From positions 224,001-288,000 of the forward strand of contig JBHLKM010000003.1 of NCBI GenBank assembly GCA_048886685.1: 64,000 nucleotides of DNA. Reading direction: 5' to 3'. Positions within the stretch are counted from its first letter, which is position 1. The number at the start of each line of letters is the position of its first letter. This document shows, piece by piece, positions 10,256-20,106 of the stretch. The position numbers were made by a program, and so were the translations under genes. A model generated the notes under the pieces. The model was given only the letters and a program-made list of their open reading frames with translations, searched no databases and was not told the origin of the DNA. This stretch comes from Candidatus Hodarchaeota archaeon. GTDB lineage: Archaea; Asgardarchaeota; Lokiarchaeia; Sigyniarchaeales; SOKP01.

Positions 10256-10999
10256 GTGAAATTCATGATTGATGAAAAAAGCATTTCTCATAGTAATAAA
10301 AAAACGAGAAGTAGATCACCTGAGAAGAAAGCTCAACAATTTGATACTATTTTAGAAGTAGGGAAGCAATTATTCCAAGAACAAGGACGAGATGGTTTTA
10401 CACTACGTGGATTAGCAAAAAAATTAAATATGAGTCAAAATAATCTCTATAATTATGTGGAAAGTAAACGAGAACTATGGATTGCGATAAGAAAGAAGTT
10501 TTATGAACAATATCGGAATGAAAACCGGGATATTATTAAGAATTTTAGTGGATCAACCGTTGAATTATTATTAAAAATTTTTCAACACTTTTTTGAATTT
10601 GCAGAAAGAGACTATGCTGCCTTTCGAATGATGCACATTATCCGCTCCCCTCCATCAGATAAAACAGGACCGTTTGAGAGGGAATATAAACCATTTAGGT
10701 TTCTAGACGGAACCACTCGTGTAATTCAAAACGCAATTGATAAAGGAGAAATCAAAGAAAAAAATGCTGCTTTAATCTCATCCTTTTTATTTAGTATATT
10801 ATTAGGCGCAGCGATGGTAGAATACGTCATGCGGGATATTGAAACAACTAATAAAAAATCAGGAAAAAAAGTAGAGGAATTTAAACAATTTGAAACTCGA
10901 AATTTCACAAGCAATGAATTTAGGAAATATGTATTAAGGAAAATTCAAAAAGGATTACTTGATCCCAATTTGGTTTTAGATGAAACTGAATATAAATAA
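10256..10999 (+). CDS. TetR/AcrR family transcriptional regulator (likely start ATG 10265)
   Basis: ILEVGKQLFQEQGRDGFTLRGLAKKLNMSQNNLYNYVESKREL is a TetR HTH. Confidence 0.9.
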   Translation: MKFMIDEKSISHSNKKTRSRSPEKKAQQFDTILEVGKQLFQEQGRDGFTLRGLAKKLNMSQNNLYNYVESKRELWIAIRKKFYEQYRNENRDIIKNFSGSTVELLLKIFQHFFEFAERDYAAFRMMHIIRSPPSDKTGPFEREYKPFRFLDGTTRVIQNAIDKGEIKEKNAALISSFLFSILLGAAMVEYVMRDIETTNKKSGKKVEEFKQFETRNFTSNEFRKYVLRKIQKGLLDPNLVLDETEYK

Positions 11000-11054
11000 G
11001 AGTATAAGCTTTTTTCACTTATTTATAACTAAATAAAAAAATGGGTGTATAATT

Positions 11055-13073
11055 ATAACAGCGAATGAGTCTACTGAATCAAGCGATCCTCTTTTCACCG
11101 AGCCATATATTGATATTGATGAGTGGCGGGATGAGCCCGTACGTCATAGATATGTCCATGGTGGTTTTAAAGGTACCGATGCCCTATTTTCGATCTATTT
11201 CCCACCGAAGGAACAATATGATGGTCAGTTCTTCCAGTATATCATGCCGATATCGGGGAACGAGAAGGTTGCACAATCACCAGAATCCTCTAATGCCAGC
11301 TATGCGTTAGGCTTTGTCTTCGAGAGTGGCGCTTATTTTGTTGAATCAAACCTGGGGAGGAAGGACATGTTCCCTGGCGAAGATCCTACCATCGCGGGGT
11401 ATCGAACAAGTGCGGCAGTAGCGAACTACTCGCGCGTTTTGGCCTCTAAAATGTATGGTCCCCAACGCCACTATGGTTATGCATGGGGTGGTAGTGGTGG
11501 AGGATATAAGACCATCAGTTGTATTGAAAACACAGAAGGTGTTTGGGACGGTGCGGTCCCATTTATTCACGCAACACCAATGGCCATGATCAATGTATTC
11601 TCTGTGCAGGCCCATGCAATGCGCATATTGAAAGAAAAGGTACCCTCCATCGTCGATGCGGTAGAACCTGGTGGTAGTGGAGACATGTACGCTGATTTAA
11701 ATGAAGAGGAACGAGAAGCTCTTACCGAAGTGACTAAGATGGGATTTCCGCCAAGAGCTTGGTTCAATTACAGGAGGATAGCGTTCGGCTACACCGGAGT
11801 CTTAACCACCCTCCTTGACATAGTGATTAAATGGGATCCCACATATTTTGAAGATTTTTGGAAGGTTCCGGGTTACCTTGGTGCGGATCCGCCCGAGTCA
11901 CTCCTACGCGCCCGGATCCAGCATGAAACAACAATTACCAAACTTATAATGCCCGAAGATATCAAGAAAATGGGTCAGTCACTGTCAATATCTGCCGGGC
12001 AAGCGGGTAACATAACAGTCCCAGCAGGATTAGTATTCGAAAGCGTGCCTGAGGGTGAAATACAAGGAGCATCATTGTTTTTAAAAAGTGGTGAAGCAGA
12101 GGGTCGAGTTGCTTATGCTGTTGCAGCCTTCGGTAATACGGTAATGCTTGCCTATGGGGAGGAAAACTATCCATATCTAGCAGGTATCAAGGTGGGTGAC
12201 AAAGTGCTGATTGATAATTCTAATTATCTCGCTGCTCAAACCTATCATCGCCATCAGGTACCCTCACCTGAATATAAGGTTTGGGACCAGTTCCGAGATG
12301 CTGATGGTAAACCGGTGTATCCACAGCGACCCGAGATATTAGGCCCGCGTCACGCCTATCAAGGAGCAGGCTCGGTTCAGATTGGTAAGTTTAAGGGTAA
12401 GATGATTGTAGTAAATACTTTGATGGACGAAGCTGCCTATCCTTGGCAGGCTGATTGGTATCGTTTGAAGGTAAAAGAGGCATTGGGAGATAAATTCGAT
12501 GACAACTACCGGCTCTGGTTTATTGACCATGCAATGCATACACCACCGGTGATCACATCATTCAATTCCCGTCCAGCAATAACTACACGCATCATCAATT
12601 ATAGTGGGGTGTTGCAACAAGCGCTGCGTGATGTGAGCGCATGGGTAGAAAAAGGTGTGGTTCCCCCTGCGAGTACTACTTACAAAGTGGTAGATGGTCA
12701 AGTGCAAGTACCACCGACTGCTATTGGCCGCAAGGGAGTGCAACCGGTTGTCAACCTTACAGTAAATGGGGGTGTGCGTGCAGACGTTACAGTTGGAGAG
12801 ACGGTTGAATTCTCTGGAGTTATCGAAGCACCCTCAGATGCCGGTTCAATAGTCTCTGCGGAATGGGATTTCGAGGGTGCTGGTGATTATCCAGTCAAGC
12901 ACCAACTTAATGACATCAAGAGTACTCGTGTGGAAGTGAAAACTACTTATGCCTTCTCCAAACCTGGCACTTACTTCCCAGTAATTCGTGGATCATTACA
13001 TAGACAAGGTGACCCAGAAACTAAATGGGCACGGATCCAGAATCTCGGTCGTGTAAGGGTCGTAGTAAAGTAA
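11055..13073 (+). CDS. Tannase/feruloyl-esterase-like alpha/beta hydrolase with C-terminal PKD-like domain; start extended from 11244 to ATA 11055
   Basis: Nucleophile elbow GGSGGG, DEAA and DHAMH candidate triad segments, WDFEG..TYAFSKPGTY PKD-like motif; in-frame upstream DPLFTEPYIDIDEWRDEPVRHRYVHGGF. Confidence 0.65.
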   Translation: MTANESTESSDPLFTEPYIDIDEWRDEPVRHRYVHGGFKGTDALFSIYFPPKEQYDGQFFQYIMPISGNEKVAQSPESSNASYALGFVFESGAYFVESNLGRKDMFPGEDPTIAGYRTSAAVANYSRVLASKMYGPQRHYGYAWGGSGGGYKTISCIENTEGVWDGAVPFIHATPMAMINVFSVQAHAMRILKEKVPSIVDAVEPGGSGDMYADLNEEEREALTEVTKMGFPPRAWFNYRRIAFGYTGVLTTLLDIVIKWDPTYFEDFWKVPGYLGADPPESLLRARIQHETTITKLIMPEDIKKMGQSLSISAGQAGNITVPAGLVFESVPEGEIQGASLFLKSGEAEGRVAYAVAAFGNTVMLAYGEENYPYLAGIKVGDKVLIDNSNYLAAQTYHRHQVPSPEYKVWDQFRDADGKPVYPQRPEILGPRHAYQGAGSVQIGKFKGKMIVVNTLMDEAAYPWQADWYRLKVKEALGDKFDDNYRLWFIDHAMHTPPVITSFNSRPAITTRIINYSGVLQQALRDVSAWVEKGVVPPASTTYKVVDGQVQVPPTAIGRKGVQPVVNLTVNGGVRADVTVGETVEFSGVIEAPSDAGSIVSAEWDFEGAGDYPVKHQLNDIKSTRVEVKTTYAFSKPGTYFPVIRGSLHRQGDPETKWARIQNLGRVRVVVK

Positions 13074-13328
13074 TTATATTGAATGATACTCAAGGTTTAT
13101 ATATTTAATAATATCTTCCTACAAAATTTTGTTATCTTAGATTAATCTATTAATAATTGATATTGATTCCAAATTTAAATTCAATACTAATTTCATGTTC
13201 TTCAATCAAATGAAGGACATAATTAGAAAATTGATACCCTTTAGGAGCAAAAATATAATATTTGAGGTTTATAAAACAAAAACATGAAATTTTTGTTGTA
13301 TAAATGATTATAAAAAATAGTCATAAAA

Positions 13329-16199
13329 ATGAGTCAGAATTCAATTATTATTAAAGGAGCAAGGCAGAACAATCTAAAAAACATAAATGTTATAATTCCT
13401 CGTAATAAATTAGTAGTTATTACTGGAATTAGTGGGAGTGGAAAGTCATCTTTAGCAATGGATACATTGTATGCGGAGGGACAAAGAAGGTTTTTAGAAT
13501 CACTATCCAGTTATGCAAGACAATTCTTAGGTGAAATGGACAAGCCAGATGTAGATTCAATTGAAGGATTGTCGCCTGCAATTGCAATAGAACAAAAACC
13601 ACTCTCTAAAAATCCAAGAAGTACGGTAGGAACTGTCACAGAAATTTATGATTATTATAGGTTATTATTTGCTAATATTGGTATCCCACATTGCCCCAAT
13701 TGTGGAAAAGAAATAAAACCCCAAACACCACAACAAATTATTCAAATACTTCTAAATTCTATTAAAGAAAATCAGAAATTTATAATCAAGGCCCCTCTAA
13801 TAAGAGACAGAAAGGGGGAATATAAAGAACTTCTGCAGGATTTAAGAAAGCAGGGTTATGTAAGAGTAGAAGTAGATGGGATTCAGTATACTTTAGATGA
13901 AGAGATAACAATGAAAAAGAATATGAAGCATAATATCAACGTAATCCTTGACAGATTAGTAATGCGTAAAGATATAAAAACAAGATTAGCTGATTCGATC
14001 GAAAATGCCTTAGATCTAGCAGAAGGATTAGTTATCGTTGAAATCATTGACGAAGGAGAACAAATATATTCAGAACACCTTGCTTGTATAGATTGTGGAA
14101 TATCATTTCCTCAGCTAGATCATAAAATGTTTTCATTTAATATCCCTCATGGAAGTTGTAGGTATTGTAGTGGATTAGGCACTGTTATGGAATTTGATTA
14201 TGGATTAGTATTAGGAAATGATTTAACTGCACCACTTAAAGACACCCCAATCAGAGATATTCCTGGATTTGGATCTGAGACAGGTTATTCTTGGCAAACC
14301 ATAGAACAAGTCGCAAAACATTATGGGTTTAATGCCAATAAGACTCAATTACAAGAAATTGATCCGGAGAAATTACACAGGTTATTATTTGGTTCTGAAA
14401 ATGAATCAATAGATTTTCATTTTGAAAATAATGGAAATGATTACAAGAACCAAAATGGTGAATTTAAATCATCCTGGGATGTTGTGAGACCTTTCGAGGG
14501 AATTATTCCAATATTACATAGAAGATATATGGAGACTCGCTCTGAATGGGCTCGGGAGATCTATGAAAGTTTTATGAATAGGATTTCATGTCCTCAATGT
14601 AAAGGAAAAAGGTTAAAACCTGAGAGCTTAGCAGTTACTATAAATGATCTAAACATCGCACAACTATCAGATTTGACAGTAAAAGAATCAACTAAATTTT
14701 TTAATTTATTGCAGCTAAGTGAAACTGAAAAAACCATAGCAAAAGAAATATTAAAAGAAATTTCGGATAGATTGTCATTTTTAGAAAATGTGGGTTTGGA
14801 TTATATTTCATTAAGCCGTCGCTCACACACATTATCTGTTGGAGAAGCAGAGAGAATAAGATTAGCAACTCAATTAGGTTCTAGTTTAGTAGGTGTATTA
14901 TATGTATTAGATGAGCCAAGTGTAGGTCTACATCAACGAGATATAGATAGACTCATAAATATGTTAAAAAAATTAAGAGATTTAGGTAATACTGTTATTG
15001 TAGTTGAGCATGATGAGGCAATAATGCAAAATGCAGATCATATCATTGATTTAGGACCCTTAGCTGGTGAAAAGGGTGGAGAAATAGTAGCAGAGGGACC
15101 AATAGAACAAATTATTAAAGCTAATACGTTAACTGGAAGATATTTATCAGGAAAGGAAAAAATTGATATACCACAGAGTAGACGTAAAACAAATTATGAA
15201 TTTCTTCAAGTAATAGGAGCAAGAGAAAATAATTTGAAGAATATTAATGTGAAGATTCCTCTAGGGATATTTACTTGTGTAACAGGCGTTTCAGGGGCAG
15301 GTAAGACAAGTTTGATTATCGATTGTCTATATAAAGGTTTACATAATCTTATCAACACACGTAGTTCAAAAATCAGTGAAGGGGATTTTGATACTATTGA
15401 AGGTTATGAAAAAATAGATAAAATTATTAATATTGACCAATCACCAATAGGAAGAACTCCAAGATCAGTTCCCTCAACTTATACAAAAGCTTTAGATTAT
15501 ATCAGAGATATTTTTGCTCAATTACCTGAATCAAAAGAAAGGGGTTATAAAAAAGGGAGATTTAGTTTCAATACTAAAGCAGGTCATTGTAAGAAATGCA
15601 AGGGTACTGGTTATATCCTAAAAGAAATGTACTTCCTTCCTGATGTTTATATTAGATGCGATTTATGTAAAGGAAAACGATATAATGCAGAAACATTAGA
15701 AATCAAATATAGAGAAAAATCGATTTCAGATGTTTTAAAAATGACATTTAATCAAGCTTTAGAATTTTTTGACAGCTTTCCAAATTTAAAGAGAACTTTA
15801 CAAACAGTAGTAGATGTAGGTTTAGGTTATTTAGAATTAGGTCAATCATCAACAACTCTTAGTGGTGGAGAATCCCAAAGACTAAAAATCGCAAGGGAAT
15901 TACGAAAAACTAGTACAGGAAATACTCTCTATATCTTAGATGAGCCTACCACCGGATTACACATGTATGATATTAAATTTTTGTTAGATGTACTTCAAAA
16001 ATTAGTCGATAAAGGTAACACAGTAATAATTATTGAGCATAATATGGATATAATTAAATCTGTTGATTATATAATAGATCTTGGGCCCGAGGGTGGAGAA
16101 AAAGGCGGAGAGATTGTAGTTTTAGGGACTCCCGAAGAAATTGCTAAAGATAATAATTCTTACACCTCTCAATTTTTAAATAAATACTTAAATAATTAA
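13329..16199 (+). CDS. uvrA: Excinuclease ABC subunit A
   Basis: GARQNNLKNI, GISGSGKSSL, YAEGQRR, Zn fingers, two ABC domains. Confidence 0.97.
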   Translation: MSQNSIIIKGARQNNLKNINVIIPRNKLVVITGISGSGKSSLAMDTLYAEGQRRFLESLSSYARQFLGEMDKPDVDSIEGLSPAIAIEQKPLSKNPRSTVGTVTEIYDYYRLLFANIGIPHCPNCGKEIKPQTPQQIIQILLNSIKENQKFIIKAPLIRDRKGEYKELLQDLRKQGYVRVEVDGIQYTLDEEITMKKNMKHNINVILDRLVMRKDIKTRLADSIENALDLAEGLVIVEIIDEGEQIYSEHLACIDCGISFPQLDHKMFSFNIPHGSCRYCSGLGTVMEFDYGLVLGNDLTAPLKDTPIRDIPGFGSETGYSWQTIEQVAKHYGFNANKTQLQEIDPEKLHRLLFGSENESIDFHFENNGNDYKNQNGEFKSSWDVVRPFEGIIPILHRRYMETRSEWAREIYESFMNRISCPQCKGKRLKPESLAVTINDLNIAQLSDLTVKESTKFFNLLQLSETEKTIAKEILKEISDRLSFLENVGLDYISLSRRSHTLSVGEAERIRLATQLGSSLVGVLYVLDEPSVGLHQRDIDRLINMLKKLRDLGNTVIVVEHDEAIMQNADHIIDLGPLAGEKGGEIVAEGPIEQIIKANTLTGRYLSGKEKIDIPQSRRKTNYEFLQVIGARENNLKNINVKIPLGIFTCVTGVSGAGKTSLIIDCLYKGLHNLINTRSSKISEGDFDTIEGYEKIDKIINIDQSPIGRTPRSVPSTYTKALDYIRDIFAQLPESKERGYKKGRFSFNTKAGHCKKCKGTGYILKEMYFLPDVYIRCDLCKGKRYNAETLEIKYREKSISDVLKMTFNQALEFFDSFPNLKRTLQTVVDVGLGYLELGQSSTTLSGGESQRLKIARELRKTSTGNTLYILDEPTTGLHMYDIKFLLDVLQKLVDKGNTVIIIEHNMDIIKSVDYIIDLGPEGGEKGGEIVVLGTPEEIAKDNNSYTSQFLNKYLNN

Positions 16200-16228
16200 T
16201 AAATCCTTAACAACTTAAGGTGTTCTAA

Positions 16229-16693
16229 ATACAAATAATTTCAGCAGAGGAATCCCATCTACCAGGGATATTGGAAGTATGGAAAGAATTTATGGATTAT
16301 CATAAAAATTTAGATTCTTTGTTTACCAGAAGAGAAAATGGTCATCTAAATTTCGAAACATATATTAAGGAATTAATTAAGTCAAATAGTGCTCAGGTTT
16401 TAGTAGTTTTAGACAAAGAAGATGTTGTAGGATATTCAATATCTCTTATACAATTTTACCCTCCCGTCTTTAAACGAAGAATTTATGGTTTAATTAATGA
16501 TTTAGCCGTAAAAGAATCCCATAGAAGGAAAGGTTTAGGAGAACAAATGCTTTTTAAAATGTTTCAATGGTTTGAATCTCATGGGTTAGATAGAATCGAA
16601 TTGCGCGTCTCTGTGAGAAATAAAATAGCCTATTCATTTTGGAAGAAACATGGATTTAAAGACTATCAGCATATTTTATATTTAAAAAGGTAA
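16229..16693 (+). CDS. GNAT acetyltransferase; start extended from 16271 to ATA 16229
   Basis: Motif A VKESHRRKGLG, N..A..FW.KHGF; upstream in-frame QIISAEESHLPGI fits the GNAT beta1/alpha1 start. Confidence 0.85.
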   Translation: MQIISAEESHLPGILEVWKEFMDYHKNLDSLFTRRENGHLNFETYIKELIKSNSAQVLVVLDKEDVVGYSISLIQFYPPVFKRRIYGLINDLAVKESHRRKGLGEQMLFKMFQWFESHGLDRIELRVSVRNKIAYSFWKKHGFKDYQHILYLKR

Positions 16694-16831
16694 TAGAATA
16701 AGATTAGTTTCAGAAGATATGATAATTTTCATCTTTATTTAGGATAAGATTCTAAACTTATTGTTGATATTTTTATTATAATAGTTTAAATTATAAAGAA
16801 TTTATTAATTATTTGAGATTCGTGGTATTTT

Positions 16832-18637
16832 ATGACTGAAGCTGAAAATAAGATAATTAGAGCTCCAATTACATGCATTTTAGGTCATATAGATCATGGT
16901 AAAACCACTATCCTAGATTACATTAGAGGAACGGTGGTTCAACAAAGAGAGGCTGCTGGAATTACACAACACATTGGAGCATCTTATTTTCCAACTAAAG
17001 ATATTAAAGATTTTTTAAGAAAATCAAAGCAAGAATTCGCGGAGAAAGAGATTAACCTTCCAGGGATATTAGTAATCGATACACCGGGACATGCGGCTTT
17101 TTTAAATCTCCGTCGGCGTGGGGGCGCAGTTGCAGATATAGCCATTTTAGTCATTGATGTAACCGCAGGTACAATGCCAATAACATGGGAATCTGTAAGG
17201 ATTTTACGAGATAGAAAAACTCCATTTGTTATTGCAGCAAATAAAATCGATCGAATATCAGGCTGGAAATCAAAAATAGATGCTGATTTTTTAGATTCCT
17301 ACAACTCTCAAAAACCTCATGTAAAAGATTTCTTAGATGAGAAGATTCTGCAAATCATGGGTGATTTCTTGGAGGAAGGTTTCAAGGGAATTGATAGATA
17401 TGATAAGATTAAAGACTTTACAAAAAAGGTAGCAATTGTACCTACTAGTGGGAAGACTGGTGAGGGTATTTCTACACTTCTCATGGTTTTAATGGGATTA
17501 GTTCAGCAATATTTAACAGAAAATCTTAAATTCTCTGAAGGGGCAGCAAAAGGTGTTGTATTAGAAGTTAAAAAAGAGAAAGGGCAGGGAAAAACCATGG
17601 ATGTTTTGATTTATGATGGTATTATTAATAAAGGTGATGAGTTTATTGTGGGAGGTTTAGAACATCCAATCAAATCAAAAGTTAGAGCTCTGCTAATTCC
17701 GAAACCTCTAGATGAAATACGAGATCCCAGGCAAAAGTTCGATTCCGTTGATCTCGTAAGTGCCGCAGCCGGTATTAAGATTTTAGCACCCAACATTGAC
17801 GATGTCGTAGCGGGTTCTCCCTTTAAAAGTATAACAGACCCTTCAGAAGAAGAAATTGTATACAAGGAAATTGAATCAGAAGTCGAAAGTATCCGTATTA
17901 AAACTGAAAAAGCAGGAGTCGTCCTAAAAGCGGATACTTTGGGATCTCTTGAGGCTTTAGAAAACCATTTTACTAAAAATGGAGTAAAAATTAGTATCGC
18001 TGACGTAGGGCCCATTAAAAAAGAGGACATAATCAATGCTAATATTGTAAAAACCTTTGACCCTTACTCTGCAACAGTATTAGGGTTTAATGTCCCGATC
18101 TTACCTGAAGCAAATGAACAAGCTTTTATTGATAATATTAGAATTTTTACAAATAATGTTATTTATCGTTTATTAGAGGATTATATTGAATATGCTGAAA
18201 CAAGAAAAGCCGAGGACACTGCTAAAGGACTAAGTGAACTAATCTTACCTGCTAAATTAAAAATGTTCCCAGAGTTTATATTTAGGAATTCAGATCCCGC
18301 AGTATTTGGTGTTAAAGTTGAAGCTGGTACCTTATATCCTAAAGTACCTTTAATAACCAATGAAGGTAAGAGAGTAAGGCGAGTTCATCAAATTCAAGAC
18401 AAAGGAGAAACATTAGAAAAAGCAGAAAAAGATGCTGAGGTTGCCATTTCCATTCGGGGCATTGAAATAGGAAGAGAAATTGGAAAAGATGAAACCCTAT
18501 TTGTAAATGTTCCTGAATCTCACGTAAGACAATTAATGGGAAAATTTCTTGATGAATTAACTACAGATCAAAAACAAGTTTTAAGAGAGTTCATTTCTTT
18601 AATGCGTAAAACAAATCATCCTTGGTGGGGGATGTAA
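16832..18637 (+). CDS. infB: Translation initiation factor aIF5B (IF-2 family)
   Basis: RAPITCILGHIDHGKTT, EAAGITQHIGA, DTPGH, NKID, KADTLGSLEAL. Confidence 0.97.
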   Translation: MTEAENKIIRAPITCILGHIDHGKTTILDYIRGTVVQQREAAGITQHIGASYFPTKDIKDFLRKSKQEFAEKEINLPGILVIDTPGHAAFLNLRRRGGAVADIAILVIDVTAGTMPITWESVRILRDRKTPFVIAANKIDRISGWKSKIDADFLDSYNSQKPHVKDFLDEKILQIMGDFLEEGFKGIDRYDKIKDFTKKVAIVPTSGKTGEGISTLLMVLMGLVQQYLTENLKFSEGAAKGVVLEVKKEKGQGKTMDVLIYDGIINKGDEFIVGGLEHPIKSKVRALLIPKPLDEIRDPRQKFDSVDLVSAAAGIKILAPNIDDVVAGSPFKSITDPSEEEIVYKEIESEVESIRIKTEKAGVVLKADTLGSLEALENHFTKNGVKISIADVGPIKKEDIINANIVKTFDPYSATVLGFNVPILPEANEQAFIDNIRIFTNNVIYRLLEDYIEYAETRKAEDTAKGLSELILPAKLKMFPEFIFRNSDPAVFGVKVEAGTLYPKVPLITNEGKRVRRVHQIQDKGETLEKAEKDAEVAISIRGIEIGREIGKDETLFVNVPESHVRQLMGKFLDELTTDQKQVLREFISLMRKTNHPWWGM

Positions 18638-20103
18638 TTCACTTAATGACATTAATTGATGAAGTTTTTGCAGAAGTCTTAAAAGATATTACTCCAACTC
18701 CGGAAGAAATATCATTGATTAACGATATCACTGCAAAATTAATATTTTTACTGAATAAAAAAGCAAAAGAATTGAATATTACTTATACAAAAATAGAACC
18801 TCAAGGCTCAACAGGAATTAAACAGACACAATTAAAAAATGATTTTGATATCGATCTCTTTATTGGGTTAGACTATAAAGATTTTGAACCAAATTATAAA
18901 GGATTAAGTAAGAATAAATTAAAAAAAGCATCAAAAAAGGATTTTTTGAATTTATGCAATAATTGGGTTATCCCAAGCTTAAGTTTGAATGAATTTCACA
19001 ATCCTCGGCTTTTATATGCTGAACATCCGTATGTTACAGTTGATTTTCATCTGGATGACATAGCATTAAAGATTGATATTGTTCTTTATTTTGATTTAAG
19101 TAAAGAAGTAATTAAACAAGAAGGGCCAATAACAGCTGTTGATCGTTCTCCTTGGCATGGGCGTTTTGTAAAAGAGGAACTTTCTGAGGATCAAAAAAAT
19201 GATGTACGCCTTCTGAAACAATTTTTTAAAGCAAATCATAGTTATGGGGATAAAAGCTCTGTAGGTAAAGTAGGATTTATAGGATACAGCTCAGAACTCC
19301 TCATTTATTATTTTGATAATATAAAAAACCTTTTCAATAATTTTGATAATTTATATTCAAAGCCATTAGATTTTTATAAGAGAAATCTGAAAGATATACA
19401 AAAAATTCTACATTTTCAAAATGATTATTTAATCATCGTAGATCCTATTGATAAAAACAGAAACGTTGCATCAGCTATCTCAGAAAGAGCATATAAATAT
19501 TGTAATTATAGAATCAGTGAATTTTTAAAACAACCGAATAAAGAATTTTTTGAAATTAAACCTATTGTAGAGACAGATTTAAGAAATTCAACCAAATTGT
19601 TCCTCTCAAATATATATATTGTAGAATTAAAGAATTGTGAAAAAGAAATTCATTATACAATTAATAGAGATAAACTATATTCAATAGGGGAAAGTATTGT
19701 AGATAATGGAGAAAAAGAATATACTCATGCAGATCGATTTGGTACTATTATTTTTGAAGTATATTTTGAAGATGAAGCTGATGAATACAACATAGCAATT
19801 TATTGCGAAAATCCAGACATTTCTCAAACTTATATTCGCAAAGGACCTCCAATTGAAGAATCTTTCCATGTAAACAATTTTAAGAAGAAAAACCCAGACT
19901 GTTTTGAACGTGATGGGTATTTATGGGTAGAAACTCGCAGAGAATTTAACAACTTCCTTAAATTTCTAAACTATTTTATTAAAAGTAAAATTCCAGATAA
20001 TTTTGAAATTATTAATATTGCTAAGTCCTTCAAAACAATAGCATCATCGGGAAAGAGAGCGATAACAATCCTGGCCGAAATGGTTTTACCATTTTGTTTC
20101 TAG
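18622..20103 (+). CDS. cca: Archaeal class I CCA-adding enzyme (likely start ATG 18646)
   Basis: GSTGIKQTQLKNDFDIDLF, YAEHPYV, TAVDRSPWH, DVRLLKQF, DPIDKNRNVASA. Confidence 0.93.
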   Translation: MVGDVIHLMTLIDEVFAEVLKDITPTPEEISLINDITAKLIFLLNKKAKELNITYTKIEPQGSTGIKQTQLKNDFDIDLFIGLDYKDFEPNYKGLSKNKLKKASKKDFLNLCNNWVIPSLSLNEFHNPRLLYAEHPYVTVDFHLDDIALKIDIVLYFDLSKEVIKQEGPITAVDRSPWHGRFVKEELSEDQKNDVRLLKQFFKANHSYGDKSSVGKVGFIGYSSELLIYYFDNIKNLFNNFDNLYSKPLDFYKRNLKDIQKILHFQNDYLIIVDPIDKNRNVASAISERAYKYCNYRISEFLKQPNKEFFEIKPIVETDLRNSTKLFLSNIYIVELKNCEKEIHYTINRDKLYSIGESIVDNGEKEYTHADRFGTIIFEVYFEDEADEYNIAIYCENPDISQTYIRKGPPIEESFHVNNFKKKNPDCFERDGYLWVETRREFNNFLKFLNYFIKSKIPDNFEIINIAKSFKTIASSGKRAITILAEMVLPFCF

Positions 20104-20106
20104 AAT

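Noticed and set aside
11065-11310. 81-aa ATG ORF upstream of the tannase-like gene, or a frameshift explanation for its missing start
   Set aside because: It overlaps out of frame the conserved-looking N-terminal extension, which is already in frame with the main ORF; an ATA start explains the region without a frameshift
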